Shown one piece after another: positions 15,001 through 27,800 of a stretch of DNA of 64,000 bases (position 1 is the stretch's first letter; each line of letters starts with the position of its first letter). A program made the position numbers and the translations under genes. Below the pieces are notes generated by a model that was not told the origin of the DNA, did not search any database, and worked only from the letters and a program-made list of their open reading frames with translations. Origin of the DNA: Ascidiella aspersa (lineage: Eukaryota); contig OZ004609.1 in assembly GCA_963924565.1 (NCBI GenBank), forward strand, positions 21,390,001 through 21,454,000. The letters are read 5' to 3'.

Positions 15001-15417
15001 CTTGCAACTTTGCTCCATTTATTTTGATGAAATATTTCATGTTTTGAACCAAGAGTCATAAAAAACTAAGATACACTAAAAACTGGAAAGAGTATACAAC
15101 GATAAGGTCAATCTTTCTGAGATTTGGTTGCTCAGAACCAATCTCAGTAAATCTGACAATGTGACCTACTGCAGTCGCCGACTCGGCATAAATAAACGGC
15201 AACCTGTTGGTTAAAAAAACACTGCCATCATCCGGGGCAAGCAGCTTATTCCAAAATTGCGTTTAGTTTGGTCTCAGACTAACTATTCATAATTACACAA
15301 TAATTCTCACCTGCGCTCTTGGGCGAAATCGCGGGATGCATTTCTTCTCGATGAATAAGAATAGTCGTCTTCTTCTTCATAATTACGAGTTTTAGCTCCG
15401 GGTAGTCTGACAGGCAT
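1..15417 (-). CDS. Myomesin-like sarcomeric Ig/Fn3 protein (multi-exon, 3' end beyond the left edge of the window)
   Basis: Phase-consistent GT-AG exons at approx. 15417-15311, 13691-13311, 12963-12835, 12528-12399, 12168-12018, 11810-11621, 9711-9592, 9168-9073, 8727-8518, 8258-8060, 7346-7276, 6892-6681, 6287-6207, 5879-5715, 5427-5297, 4953-4824, 4277-4128, 3802-3626, 3054-2934, 2798-2707, 2611-2516, 2240-2136, 1938-1823, 1706-1550, 1267-1170 and 506-327, with a further acceptor at 3-4. The first Ig (HAPMFMMKLRSHVIWEK...KFTCTINGSPPPKITWY...YRISAQNHKGEISSYATLLVRRY) closely resembles the My2 domain of vertebrate myomesin. Order: unique head, 2 Ig, 5 Fn3, charged helix, further Ig. Confidence 0.85.
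7745..8060. repeat. Diverged ~161-bp tandem duplication in a myomesin intron
   Basis: TTATTTTATCGCTTGCAACTCTT..CACAAACT...AACAGAACTA...GAAACATAACTAAAAATAGTT occurs at ~7787 and ~7948; the second copy abuts the splice donor at ~8059. Confidence 0.85.
10244..10746 (-). CDS. GC-rich coding-like ORF inside a myomesin intron; candidate alternative terminal exon
   Basis: Acceptor TTATTTCCCAG at ~10747, 162-aa ORF ending in TGA at 10244-10246, GC-rich against AT-rich intron, no convincing donor site. Confidence 0.4.
13725..14039. mobile_element. hAT-type MITE (315 bp)
   Basis: Termini CAGGGGTGGGCAAC / GTTGCCCAACTCTG; perfect 8-bp TSD GTCTAAGG at 13717-13724 and 14040-14047. Confidence 0.9.
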
Positions 15418-15713
15418 CGCAAATTATTTTGCTTTCGTACACGATTCGGTAACCACCAATACAGCTTATGAGACCTATGTCGTAAACTCTAACTGCCTGA
15501 ACAACAAGCACGCATCTTGATGCTATTTAATTTTTGTTTGAATATATGATTTGATCTTCTGTTATTCACAAGTTCACTACACAATTTTGTTATATTCCGG
15601 TACCACTGTAGCACTGAATATGTGATAGTGGAAAACACCTTGACCCTTGAAAGATAAATGTCGACCTTAATTCCTGATCAGAAATAGTAAAATACTCTAT
15701 CGCAAAACAAGTA

Positions 15714-15771
15714 ATTTAGGTCAGACACTTTTTTATTATTTTAACATCTATGAAAAATGTCTGACCTAAAT
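15714..15771. repeat. Perfect 14-bp inverted repeat upstream of the myomesin ATG
   Basis: ATTTAGGTCAGACA ... TGTCTGACCTAAAT with a 30-bp spacer. Confidence 0.7.
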
Positions 15772-18700
15772 GACTTTATTCTGCTATTCCGGTACCATTT
15801 GTTTTCCTTTAAAGTTTAAACAATTCGAATAAAAACATTAATTCAAAAAAGGTGTTTTCAGTATCGATTGAACTCGCCTTTTAATCTGCACAGTTTCCTA
15901 AAAAATTATTTGCAGTGCTGCAATCATTTCGCAATGACCACTTCCAACGCACTCTAATACAAACTAAAGCGATGGCGCTACAAATTAACTTACACATGTT
16001 ACTACTTTCTGGCAATTCGCTGGCATGCTAAGACGGCGGTGATGACATGATCCATCTGGTCCAAACAGCTGTGAGCCTACGTCATCGTCATTTTTTAACT
16101 TAACACCACCGTCGTCAAGATATGTTACCAGGCGTTAAGTATGCTGGCGATACTGTCATTGCATTTCGCTTATTCTTTTATAGCGACGAAATAGCATGCC
16201 ATTGCTATTGCAAAATAAAACTGTCCGCCAACTTTGCTCTTTTTTCTGAGTGCATAACATTTCTATATCAGTATAAAGATGACAAATTTGTAATACAAAG
16301 ACAACTTTTGTTTACCTGACACAAATTACGTTTTATTTAGGCTTCTGCATGAAATATCACACTTATAGAAATCCAATTGGAAAATCTTTTACCTTTACAC
16401 GTAACCTGTGTACATAAAAAACATAAAGTGTATTTAAGTAAAGTTTCTTTGTAATATAATAGTCTCCGTAGGCGAATGATACCGTCAAACTGCAAAAAGG
16501 CGCGTTAAGAATAAGGGCTGGCGACTGATACTTGCATCTGATTACGTTGACAGTAGCAAGACCTCTATTTCAAGGGTTGAAGAGTGACAAATATGTCACC
16601 ATAGAAAGAAACCAGCTGGCCGCAACTGACAACTTCGCATTTGTGTGGTCGAGGCGCTTCGCACTTGGGTTTGCAAACATCAAAAAAAAGAGGATTACGT
16701 TTGCTGGTTTTAGAAAAATAAGACGTTTACTTGCTGGATCTCGTAAACCCAACTAAGCCTTGATATACCTCCTGTTCATTTGGCATATTCGTTATTATAG
16801 GATTTATGTTGCCCTTTTCGTAAGGAAATCGTCAGAGTTAATATTATTTATTTTACCAATTGCCGTTTTTTTGAAAAACACCCTAAGTGTCCTTTATAAA
16901 TTACTAAATTCGCCCTTAGTGTTATTGGATTATTGGCCAGACAAAAAACTGAATAAATTATAATCAAACAAAATCAAACTTGATCAAACAAAATTAAATA
17001 ACAGAATCGCAATCACCTCAACAAAAACCGAGCAACAACGAATCGCAACTACCTTGAAGTATTTGTCTTATTTATACAAATTTATTTTAACAAAATACAA
17101 GAACAGGCGTTACGAGTTGAACGACGTGTAATCCCCATACGCGGTGACGTAATTAGCGTTGTATCGGGAATAGACCGAGACTGGAAATGTCAGCTGTCGT
17201 TCTCTTATAGCGCCTCAATCGCTAAAGCGCTAATGTATCTCAACCACAGCACGAATAGGGGAAAGCTGATTTTTCACTTTTCTTTCAATCAATAGTATAC
17301 TCACAGTAGCCCTCTCTTATAGAGGTGGACGGTCCGACAGATTTTGATATACACAGACAAACCACAGTTACTTTACATTTGAGATGCCACTTTTTGAAAA
17401 TTACCTATAATCTTGACCCAAAGTTAACGATAAGAAACGCTAGAAAGTAGCCTGAAATAAACGTTCGCAAATTTGATGCAAACCGGCTGGAATATGCAAA
17501 AATGTGTATTACAAAAGCAACGTGTGTGGCACGTGTAAAATTACGTATAGTATGTTCGATGGTAATGAAACGCGCTCGATGCGCACCCGTGAGGGCACAC
17601 CGGTGTGACAACCGGATGTTTAATTGCTTAAAATACCACACAGCACAGGATGTGACTATATATGCGCAATACAAAATTTTACTTAGCGAAAATAGATTGA
17701 AAAGTTTAAATTAGAATGGTATGATTTGTATTTGAATTTGTGAATTACTTGTATTTTCTTTTTTCTATGTTAGAGAAGACTAAATAGCAGGGGTTGAAAA
17801 CCCAATAGTTGTAAAAAATTCAGTAAAAATTAAAATAGTATTGAGTTGCAAATATTCAGTCGGTTTTGTAGGTTACTAATTCAGCCGATCCTACAAGGCT
17901 TACAATTAGCACAGTCCCGACACATCGTCACCATAATGGAAGGGGAATTACAATGAATATGGACAACTTCTTCAATAGGTGACCTGCGGATTAGCAAGTC
18001 CGGTGCTTTGTGTTCCGTCTACATGCGGAAAATACGAGCGACTGACAGCAGAATTAGTCTAAATTGAAATTTGACGGCATTTTGCCATTAAGTGTACGTT
18101 TGTATGCATTGCGTTTCCTGTTACACAGCATAAGGGTATAAGAGGAGATATTACAGTCAGCAGTGGTGGGTAATACCGAGGTAGTCGATTTTTCATGAGG
18201 CAGATTTTAGCAGGCAACGTTTTCTACAGGTAAACGTCAAGTGACAGCGATGAAAAATGCATCTTAAGGTTTTGCAGGGTTCCTTTGACCAACCAACGTA
18301 TACAACAGAAAGGAAGCTTTGAGTCACGGGAAATCCCAAACGTGCTAAAGATATTTCACTTTTGATGATAAAACAGCTTAAGGTAAAGCCGAATATTGCG
18401 GGGTCTTATAGAGCCTTTATGCTATTGTTTGCCCACTTATTCGGTAGAGTTAGGCTTTGCGGTACGAAACTGCCTATAGGTGACTTGCGATTGAACTGAC
18501 TCGCTTTAATAAAATAGGCGATTTAATTGCGTCCCTAACGCCGAATTAGTTTGTGGCAAAATCTTCCTCGTATTTCAAATAATGATGACATCCTGGAAAA
18601 AGTCACGAAAATACTAGTTCGACCCCTGGCATTTTGTACAGCGTGTAAAGACCATTTTTCACCAACCCTGTAATTAACGTATAAATACCCCTAAAACATG

Positions 18701-18875
18701 CACAGCAAATTGATGTAATGCACCCGCAGGCGTAATCAGATGTTACTTAACATTAAAGCGAGAAGAACTATTTCGAACTTCCGTGAAATTATTTTAGTAA
18801 TACGCGATTCGATTATAGCGCTGCGTTATCGGTCAGAAGAACAGGCATATATGCACAAAATCGTACTTTTTGTTA

Positions 18876-19096
18876 AATTCCACAAAAGCTAACCATTAAT
18901 GTAAAAAACTAACTCCACATATTGTTAAAGTTGCCATTTTCCAAGTTGTAAACACCCGGTTTTTATCCTTTTTCTTTTTCTGAAAAACACTTTAGGTAAA
19001 AATCCGCAAAAGCGAATCATTAGGTAAGAATAAATAGTTTTTGTAAAACTATACACCACATATTGTTAAAGTTGCCATTTTCAAGTTGTAAATACC
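18876..19096. repeat. Local imperfect direct duplication
   Basis: CCACATATTGTTAAAGTTGCCATTTT(C)CAAGTTGTAAA.ACC at ~18914 and ~19056, with similar upstream sequence. Confidence 0.8.
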
Positions 19097-21545
19097 TTTT
19101 TTTGCGTGTTTCTTTATCCATATTGCCCTTTACGTAGAAGTGTTAAGTCAATACCAGTTTTTCTTAAAATATTTGTTCAATTGCTAGTAAATTGTATCTC
19201 CTTCACCCAGTTATTTGGGAGCCTCCCCCAGTGCGAGTTTTTTTAGGGCAACTATTTAATAGTCTTACAAATTTGTGATTGGGAAACAGGGATCTAGACT
19301 TTTCTGCGTTTCAGTTCGGTCACAGCACTGAAGTAAAATATGTGAATACAACTCAGGTTAAACGGTGGAAGGAAAACGATATCTATTACCCATACTATCG
19401 GGAAAGAGATGTATTTACATTTTTCTACTTCAACGCAATAGCAGAGCGTGATCGGTTTGTCATATGGCAACCGTTTAATGACTTCTTTTAAGTTCTGTTT
19501 AACAAATGATAATGATTTGACACCCTGACATCTGCGCGTGACCTATATAGATGTCGATTACACGCGATTTAAGGTGTCAGTTTATTTCCGTCACCCTTAC
19601 TACGCACGAGCGTGCCTATGTACATCTCTTGGCACGAGTCCTTCAGGGGTCACCATAAGTTGGTGATTAGCGCCAGAAATACAGAACCGCCCTGGTGGAA
19701 CCCGCGCGACACCATTTGTTACGTCACGTCCCTTTGATCGGCTGCGAGCAGGCACGTTTGAGACTTGGCACTTCTAATTTAGCATGCCGGTGGTGCAATT
19801 ACCCGGCGGAAGTGTCTTATAATAATCGGAAGTGACTGTATGGTAAAAAGTTAACGCGACGGTGGGTGTGTTTTAACGGGTCAGATTTGTTCGGCTCCTT
19901 TATTGCCATTCAATTAACAAAACCGCCTTGCCAGTTTCGAAATAACGCTTCCTGACATTAGATGAAATTCCACGAAGTCGTTGGTAAATCGGGAATACGC
20001 ACAATTGGCATTATACGGTTTCTGCCGGATCTCCGGTCCGCGTCATAGTTGGAATAAAAATATATTGATGCATCACAACCAACCATCCAAGGTTTCTATT
20101 TTTATTCGAAATATGCAATTCAGTATTAACACCGCCAAGGCATAATTAAACAATATAGCTTTGTCTGAAAAAGTTGAACGCGATTTCAACAATACGACAC
20201 AACAGATATTGTTGATTGACTTTTTTTGACACAGACAATTTAAAATCGTCATAACGCGGTAGAGGTTGTAACCGGAAATATTACGACAGGCTGGTTTTGT
20301 CGCGTGTATCAACAACGTATTAAGCGAAACATTGGTGCACTTATTTCACTTTAATTTATCGCAAAGGTCTTTGCGACCAGTGTGCCACGAATCCAACAAG
20401 CTGAAAGGTTTGTTGTATTAAATAAGGCATCCCATATTGAATATACGGTAGCCTACACATTAAGTGGCGTACATCGATTCACTGACATTACGATTCGGGG
20501 CACATCATGCAAATCTCAGAATAAAATAATTGTGTAACGTCACGAAACTAAAGCATTCGGGTGAAATTGACCAGAGGATGTTTTTTATCTGTCCCAATTA
20601 TACCGAATTAATTGCGAACCCATAATTTTTTTCAAACCCATGGTGAGGATCGCTAACTGACCTAAGAGTATAGTGCGAAAAAGAACTAAGAGTATAGTGC
20701 GAAAACGGAAAAGGGCTGTCGACAGATATTATTACTTTTAATAATTCGCTGCGTTTCTTCAGAACGCTGTTGATGGCAACCAACTAATGTTTAATGAAAT
20801 GCTTGCTTGCCATTGGTGCTATCAGGTTTTGCCTATAAAGGCAATAATAATATTATAACTCTGACGCAATGAACGCCCTGGAATAAGTTCTATGACGTGG
20901 CACGTGAAATCATCTTTGTGTGACAAGCAATTCGTAAGAGTTGTTGTTTTCGGCATTGCACGTTTGCCATTGCTCATCTTCCTCTTTACTTTAACTTCGT
21001 TTAAATCATTGAGCGTTAGGCCGTAATGAAAGGACGTATACGCTATTTTTATAAAGGTAAAAATACACATCTGTTAATTTCCAGGTTAACTAAATGTAGT
21101 CAAATTACCTTAACAAGGTGCTAACGTCCAACTATTCGAAAATCAACTACTCAATATGTATATGTTGCGTAAAGTGCGAAATGCGTTTAGAAAACGAACT
21201 GGCGAAATGTAAAATAACGCAAACCTTATAAAAAAAACGCATGGAAGACAAATGTAATATAACACAAAAAAACGGTAAACTGCACTAATGCAACAATGAG
21301 CTCGGTTAATTAACGTTTTTAAATGTTGACAAATGGTAAACAAGTGGTGTACGTAACTTTAAACATTTCGGTGATTTGCGATTTTAAATGACCGCGAGTT
21401 GCTATCCTATTCGAATTAAACTATTCTGTGTGACAAGAGTGACTATGCATTGCGTGTTAGGGCCCCTACAGGTTGAACTCGCATCACCAGAATCTTTCCG
21501 CCTCCCTATCGTTTGTCCGATAGGTTGGTTGACCAGCAGCAATAG

Positions 21546-21597
21546 CCTTATAAGGGATCTGGCCCGGTGATGTCACGTCACGCCTGCTCGGTATAAA
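21546..21597 (+). promoter_or_regulatory. Putative proximal promoter of the protease gene: CArG box, CRE-like sites, TATA box
   Basis: CCTTATAAGG at 21546-21555 fits CC(A/T)6GG; TGATGTCACGTCA at 21568-21580; TATAAA at 21592-21597; ATG ~215 bp downstream. Confidence 0.5.
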
Positions 21598-21812
21598 TGT
21601 CGCGCTTTTCGGAAAGCGCATTCAAACCAGTCCTCCAATCGCTACAGAAACAATTGCAAGGACAAGAAAAGCGAACCGACCTTTACCGCAGTAAATCGAA
21701 AAACAGTTTAATTGTTTTCTGTTTGTTAGCAAGCCGTAATTTTATAGGCAACTCGAAAAGGGTTATTTAGCTGATATATCTTCCGAATTGCGACGTCGGA
21801 GTAATCTCAGCA

Positions 21813-24800
21813 ATGAACAAACTCGCGTCATTTTTTCTGGCGCTGTGCCTTTTTGGAGCATGCACATGTAAGTGACAATATCATAAGATAATATATGTTT
21901 TTTAAGATTTTATAATATTGCTATATTGGTTATCGAGTTTTTTTTACTAATTATTTATAATTCTTGTCTGCGTAACATATCATTGATCAGTTGGAAATTT
22001 ATCCAATGGTTTCAACACTTCTAACAATACGCAGTAAAATTCTGGAAAACACATTTTAAATCGTAAGCATGTAGCAGGTAGACTTGCTTATTACACGATA
22101 TGTTGTTGTGTTTCTAACGTAATTTAATGTAATTCCAGGCAACCCTCTTCTCGAGCCCCCGGCACCCTTTGTTGCTACGGACGAATATGAAATCAACCAG
22201 GCAGCCCGTAAGTTTCATATTATGATTAGTTTTATGTAAAACTGGATTTAACTGTGAAATTAGTGTGCAAACTGTTCTAAAAAGCTTATTCTATGTGAAC
22301 CCAACTTTGTTATACTCAAATTGGCCAGTTTTCATATAAAACAGTTAACTTGCAAAGTAAAAGAAAATTATTTGTCTAATATTATATGCATTATTTTGGT
22401 ATTTGAAGAAAAGCAGCGTAGTGCATCGACCACCGAATGCATGACTGCAAATGAATGTATGGCATCATGCCCGGTGGGATACAAATTTGATGGCAACTGC
22501 ACTTGTGAATGCAAAACCGATGGGGTGTTCGAGGGCGACATCATTGTAGACAGTAAGTACATTTAGTAGGGTGAAAATCATTGTAAATGGCAACTATAAA
22601 TGTCTTCTTTGCTATCTACATATATATCATATTTTAAATTTAATGCTTCAGACACGACTTGAATAATAGTAGACTTTGTCACTTCAAAATAACATTTTTC
22701 GCTATATGTAATGTTACAAAACCCTTTTTTTTATGTCACTTCTTAATTGATGGGTGTACTAACTGCACATGTTTGCCAATAACCAAGTCATTTTAACCAA
22801 AACTAGAGGCAACGGGAACATTCGACGCCGTGCTAACCCAGTATGGAGCAAAACAATGCGACGGAAAAGAAACTCGAGGAGCCATGAAAGACACATCAAG
22901 GGAGTGGCCCAAGACAGGAGATGTTGTTACCATTCCGATCGCCTTTGATTCACAAATAGGTAAGCGCTATATTATGTCTGGCTTTAAATAATTATTTTTT
23001 TAGGAATGTAAAACCACCGTCCGGGTATGTTTCGCACAACCAGACATTGGTAAAAAGTGGTGGCAAGTTAATTGACATGGGTATAAGTTGGGTTGTTTTG
23101 TCTAATTGGGTTGGTTAAAAGTTACCGTTGGACGGGATTACTATTTAATAAAAACACTGATTTTAATTATCTATGACCCTATAATGTAATGCTAGTCTTG
23201 TGTGGCATGTTAACGTTTTTTGGTAGGCTAATCAGACATCGTAAGCCTATACTTATGAAGGCGATGAAATTCCGATTTACCAAAAAAAAAGTAATGCTGT
23301 ATACAAACTAAAATATGCATAGCTACGTTCCACCTTTAAATCTAAATCAGGTGGTTATACGTATAGCGGTGATGTCGCCTTTCGACATTTGAAAGATTCC
23401 GTGACCCGTAGCATGTTTATTGAAAAATTACTCACAATGATGATAAACTTTTAACTGTTCATTTGGCACATGCGTCACAAAACTAAATGTATCACCGAGT
23501 TTCTCACCTATCTTGTGTCTACGCCTGAGTTACGTTAGACAATGGGTCATCGGGAAATGAGGCATACTGTTGTTTAACGGTCGCACACAAATCATAAATT
23601 TCGTACAGCACTCTACATAGCGTTTATTGTAAATAAAAAAAAGTTATTTCAACTTTGCGAGTAACAACCATGAGAACCTAAAATTTCTATGACACACTTT
23701 TTCACATAATACAAAATTCATATATATTTTTCCTACTTTTAAAATTGAACCTGCCAGTAACTGAGTATACTTCAACACAGGAACCGATAAACGTGACAAC
23801 ATTTTGAGAGCCATCGAAAAATATCACGAAAACACGTGCATCAGGTTTGTTACCAGGCAAAGCGAAGTTGATTACATCGAGTTCCACGGTACACAAGGTT
23901 GCATGTCATACGTGGGCAAAACAGGCGGGAGGCAAAAGGTAAGTGTCGCAAATTTGCTAATGCTAATCATAACTAAATAAAGATCAAACTATTTGTAGTT
24001 AATTCACAAAAAAGAGCGACGGTCCCGATATGGCCCGAGGTCGTGAGTTCGAACCTCATCGCAAGCAATATATAGTTGTTTTTTTTATAAGCTGCCTTGC
24101 TTGCATCATTGATCGGCTGATTCGGTTAGTCTGACGAAGGCTTCCGGTGTTCTTAAAACCTTTGCATAGTTTGTCGAGTGCGCAGTGTATATTACTTGTT
24201 TCCCACCAAAAGAAATTTGTTGTAGTAGCAACAGCAATTCATTGACAGTTCACCAAACGTTTACGGCCGACTTTTTTGCAGGTGTACATCGGACCTAATT
24301 GCGACTTATCCCAAGGCACGATATTGCACGAACTCATGCACGCTCTCGGATTCTGGCATGAACAGTCACGGGGTGATCGGGACTCCTACGTCACAATCAA
24401 CTGGGACAACATTATAACCAGTAAGACGCATGAGTCATTGAGTCAGGTCTTTGATTAATTATTAACCTTCATTAGTACCATGTACCATTGACATAATTTT
24501 TTCATTCTGCCTTGAGGTCGATTTGCTAAAAATGTTTTCTCAGTCCTGGTGGTTTAAAATAATGTTACCTTATTTAAAATCCCCCTTTGTATTTGTTATT
24601 TCGTCCGGATTTTTATTTCCGCCGTGAAATGGCCTAAAAAATTGCGCTAAACACAAAACTTCAACACCATACTCCAGTCTGTTAAAAATGTCGTTTTCAC
24701 TTTCCAGGTGCCAAAGGAAACTTTCAAAAACAATCGGCTTCAACTTGGAACTCCTATGGCTCGCCTTATGACTATACTTCTGTCATGCACTACGGAGGTT

Positions 24801-27800
24801 ACTTCTTTAGCATCGATCGAAACAATCTGCCAACTATCCTGCATAAGCAGTAAGTGGTTGCGACGTTTAACAAACGTTTTTCCCGTTAATAAAACATACT
24901 AATCGATTCTAAAATAATCAGCAATTTTACAATCGCTTTCTTTGATATTTTGATATATTTTTGGTTTATAATATAAAAATAAAAGATGCTGAAATGATAT
25001 GCATTCGTGTTTTGTTTCAACAACAGAAAAATTGCAAAATAAATGCTATATCTTTTAGAACTGGTCAACCAGTCTCGCATCAAAGAAACGGTTTTTCCGC
25101 AGAAGACATTAAGCAGATTAACGCAAAATACAGCTGCGGAGGTAAGAAACAGTATTTATAAGCGCCTCTTTTTACTATGCATAAACATGCGGCCACGGAA
25201 GGTTATTAACTAAGAGTTTTTTTTGCATGGTTTACAGGTGGTGGTGGTGGTGGTGGTGGAGGTGCTACTACAACACCGACCGTCGCACCCATAACGACTA
25301 CCACAGTGGGCGTTTGCAAAGACACGGTAACCTCGTAAGTATTTGTGCCGTAACTAATAAAACCCTTAGAACTTCTAACATAGATTTTCCGACAAATCAA
25401 AAGGCTACGGTTTGTTCGACACAACAGGCAAAGTCATAGTTGTTGTATTCAAGTAGGGATCTTTATGATGCGAGTTGTGCCAGGTATATTAAGGCAATCG
25501 ATGTCTTAAAAATCTGTACATTTTCAGGCTGGTTTTTGGCATATAGGCTAACTATTTTTTTCTTGTTTTCTGAAAGGTGCGCATCCTACGTCAGTCAAGG
25601 TTTCTGTACGAAATACCAAGTTGTCCGCGACACATACTGCCCCAAATCGTGCACCGGTTGTACAGGTAAATCCTACGCGTAATCAATTAAAAATATCGAC
25701 CTGCCGCTTTGTCAGTTTTTATAACTTGGTATACTCGACAGGGGTTGTGATAACGACACAGCCGATCACCACCACGACAATGGCGACAACGACGACAACA
25801 CGAGCAACAACCACCACAGCTACTGGAAGCTGCCGGGACACGAACCAGTGAGCTTTATAGGAATAACCTAGGGCTATGCACGGTAGCATCAAGCTATAAT
25901 TTTAACCCCTTGAGGAACTACGTGGGTTCATAAACCATAAAACTAATTCATACTATGCGATAATTTATGTACCGCCGAATTCATTCTTATTGCATTTAGA
26001 ATACCTAAATACAACCCTGAATTATTATATATTATTTCTGGAGGTTTTCGTGGCTAAATGTACCTCGCCGCGCCTTGTGTGATGTCAAGCAATGCAATTA
26101 CAAGCCTTTAATCACTTTTTGCAGACATTGTTCCTACTGGACAGGCAAAGGGTACTGCACTGGTCAGTACGCATCATACATGAGCAAAAACTGCAAACAA
26201 AGCTGCGGCATATGTGCAGGTACCAACGTTCGCATATATAAGAGTTCCAACTAAACTGGTTACCAGGATAAACTATAATAAACCAAGCGTTGTTACTAGG
26301 ATACACCGAGCGGTAAATAGGAAAAAATCGAGCGTTTTAAATACGCCGGCTATCGTTGTTTTGTGGTACTCAGTAGAGGTAAAATTTAGTAAAAACAATT
26401 ACTGGAGAAATGGGTAAGGTTTTCTTACAAAATTGTATAAACGAGTAAAACATGCTGTATGGTAATTAAGTCGCAAAAACATTTTATTTAAAACATAAAA
26501 CAAGTAAGCATTTTCACTCAAAGTGTAATATAAATTAAAGCGATTTGTTCAAAGGTTTTGCACAACACGAATTAGCTGTTGTTTAAACAATAACCAGGAT
26601 TTTAATTGGTACCTACATGCAAACTAAGCTCTAATTGTCGCTTTTTATGTGTTTTTGTTATCAGGAAATACGTAACAAAGTAATAGTGTGAAAATAATTT
26701 ACAGTTACAGTTACCACGGTGAGACCAACTTCTTCGAATGCCTGCCTCGATAAGTTCACGTAAGTCCTTACTAATCCTGAAATTTTTACAATTATATTTT
26801 CTACAAAACTTTTTGCATCCGTAGTCTTATACAGGCACGAATTCAGGATTTTGCTTAAGTAAGGACATGGATTTTTCAAAAATAAAGTCACAAAGTTACA
26901 TACAAACTTTACGCCATGATAAAGTATCCTAAAGAACATCACATCGTTCGTTTATTTTATTAAAGTTTTCGTGGGAAAGTATTGATAAAGAAGTACGCCC
27001 AACCCGACAAAATACCTTTATATATTGTTTAGGACAGGTTGCCAATAGTTCCGTTTTCGAACCTTTGAGCTAAAACGATTTTATGAAAATTGACTAAGAC
27101 ATACGAGAAACATTATTACGATTGAAAATTGTTTGTGTTTACGACTTACGTGTTGTTAAAATTAAAAAATATACAGTTTTTAGGGGGAGCATGTCCTGTG
27201 TCCCGCCGGACCCGCCCCTATTACAATCGGCTGTACTTTTTCGGTTGCTTATAATTTTTTATTTCCACTTCACAGAAGCTGCAAATACTGGGAGACGCAA
27301 AACTATTGCAAAGAAACGCACGTCACCTTTATGGAAAGTAACTGCAAGAAAAGCTGTGGCCTTTGCGGGGGAGCCGTGTCAACAACCCCGGCCCAATGCA
27401 AAAACAATCACAAGAGGTACACATAAAAGTTGTCTATCATGTTTGGTTTTACACAAGATTCTTCGCAAAGGGATATCTCGTCGTAAAACTTCTCCCGGGA
27501 CAAATTATATAGGCCTAGGGGTTCAACCAAACTAAAAAAACGACAAGTCCTCATTGACAAACATCTTTTAATTTAGACGGTTATTGCATGATAAAAAAAC
27601 TTAAAAGCGATATATTTGCTGTTGGACAAGTTGGTGCGAAACACAGTAGCCTATAAAATAATTGAAAGGCGTTAACCATAAAAAAATTGTATTCTACACA
27701 TTTTGCTTAATACATAGTGCGAAACTCCTTTCACGTTTTGCATTGTTGATTCTAGCTGCGAGAGCTGGCAGTCCTTCGGATACTGTACAGAGAGGTACGT

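Noticed and set aside
5134-20705. Micro-duplications at ~5135 (13 bp), ~14733 (15 bp) and ~20662 (20 bp)
   Set aside because: Ordinary two-copy slippage or repair duplications; not arrays and not CRISPR-like.
17400-21500. Short ORFs in the intergenic region between the divergent myomesin-like and protease genes
   Set aside because: AT-rich random-looking translations, many with non-ATG starts; no splice-consistent model.
24012-24066. tRNA gene
   Set aside because: B box present but no acceptor stem or complete cloverleaf; treated as a SINE-like relic.
25848-25850. Apparent TGA after CRDTNQ suggesting selenocysteine or the end of the gene
   Set aside because: It lies within the GTGAGC splice donor; the frame continues in the exon at 26125.
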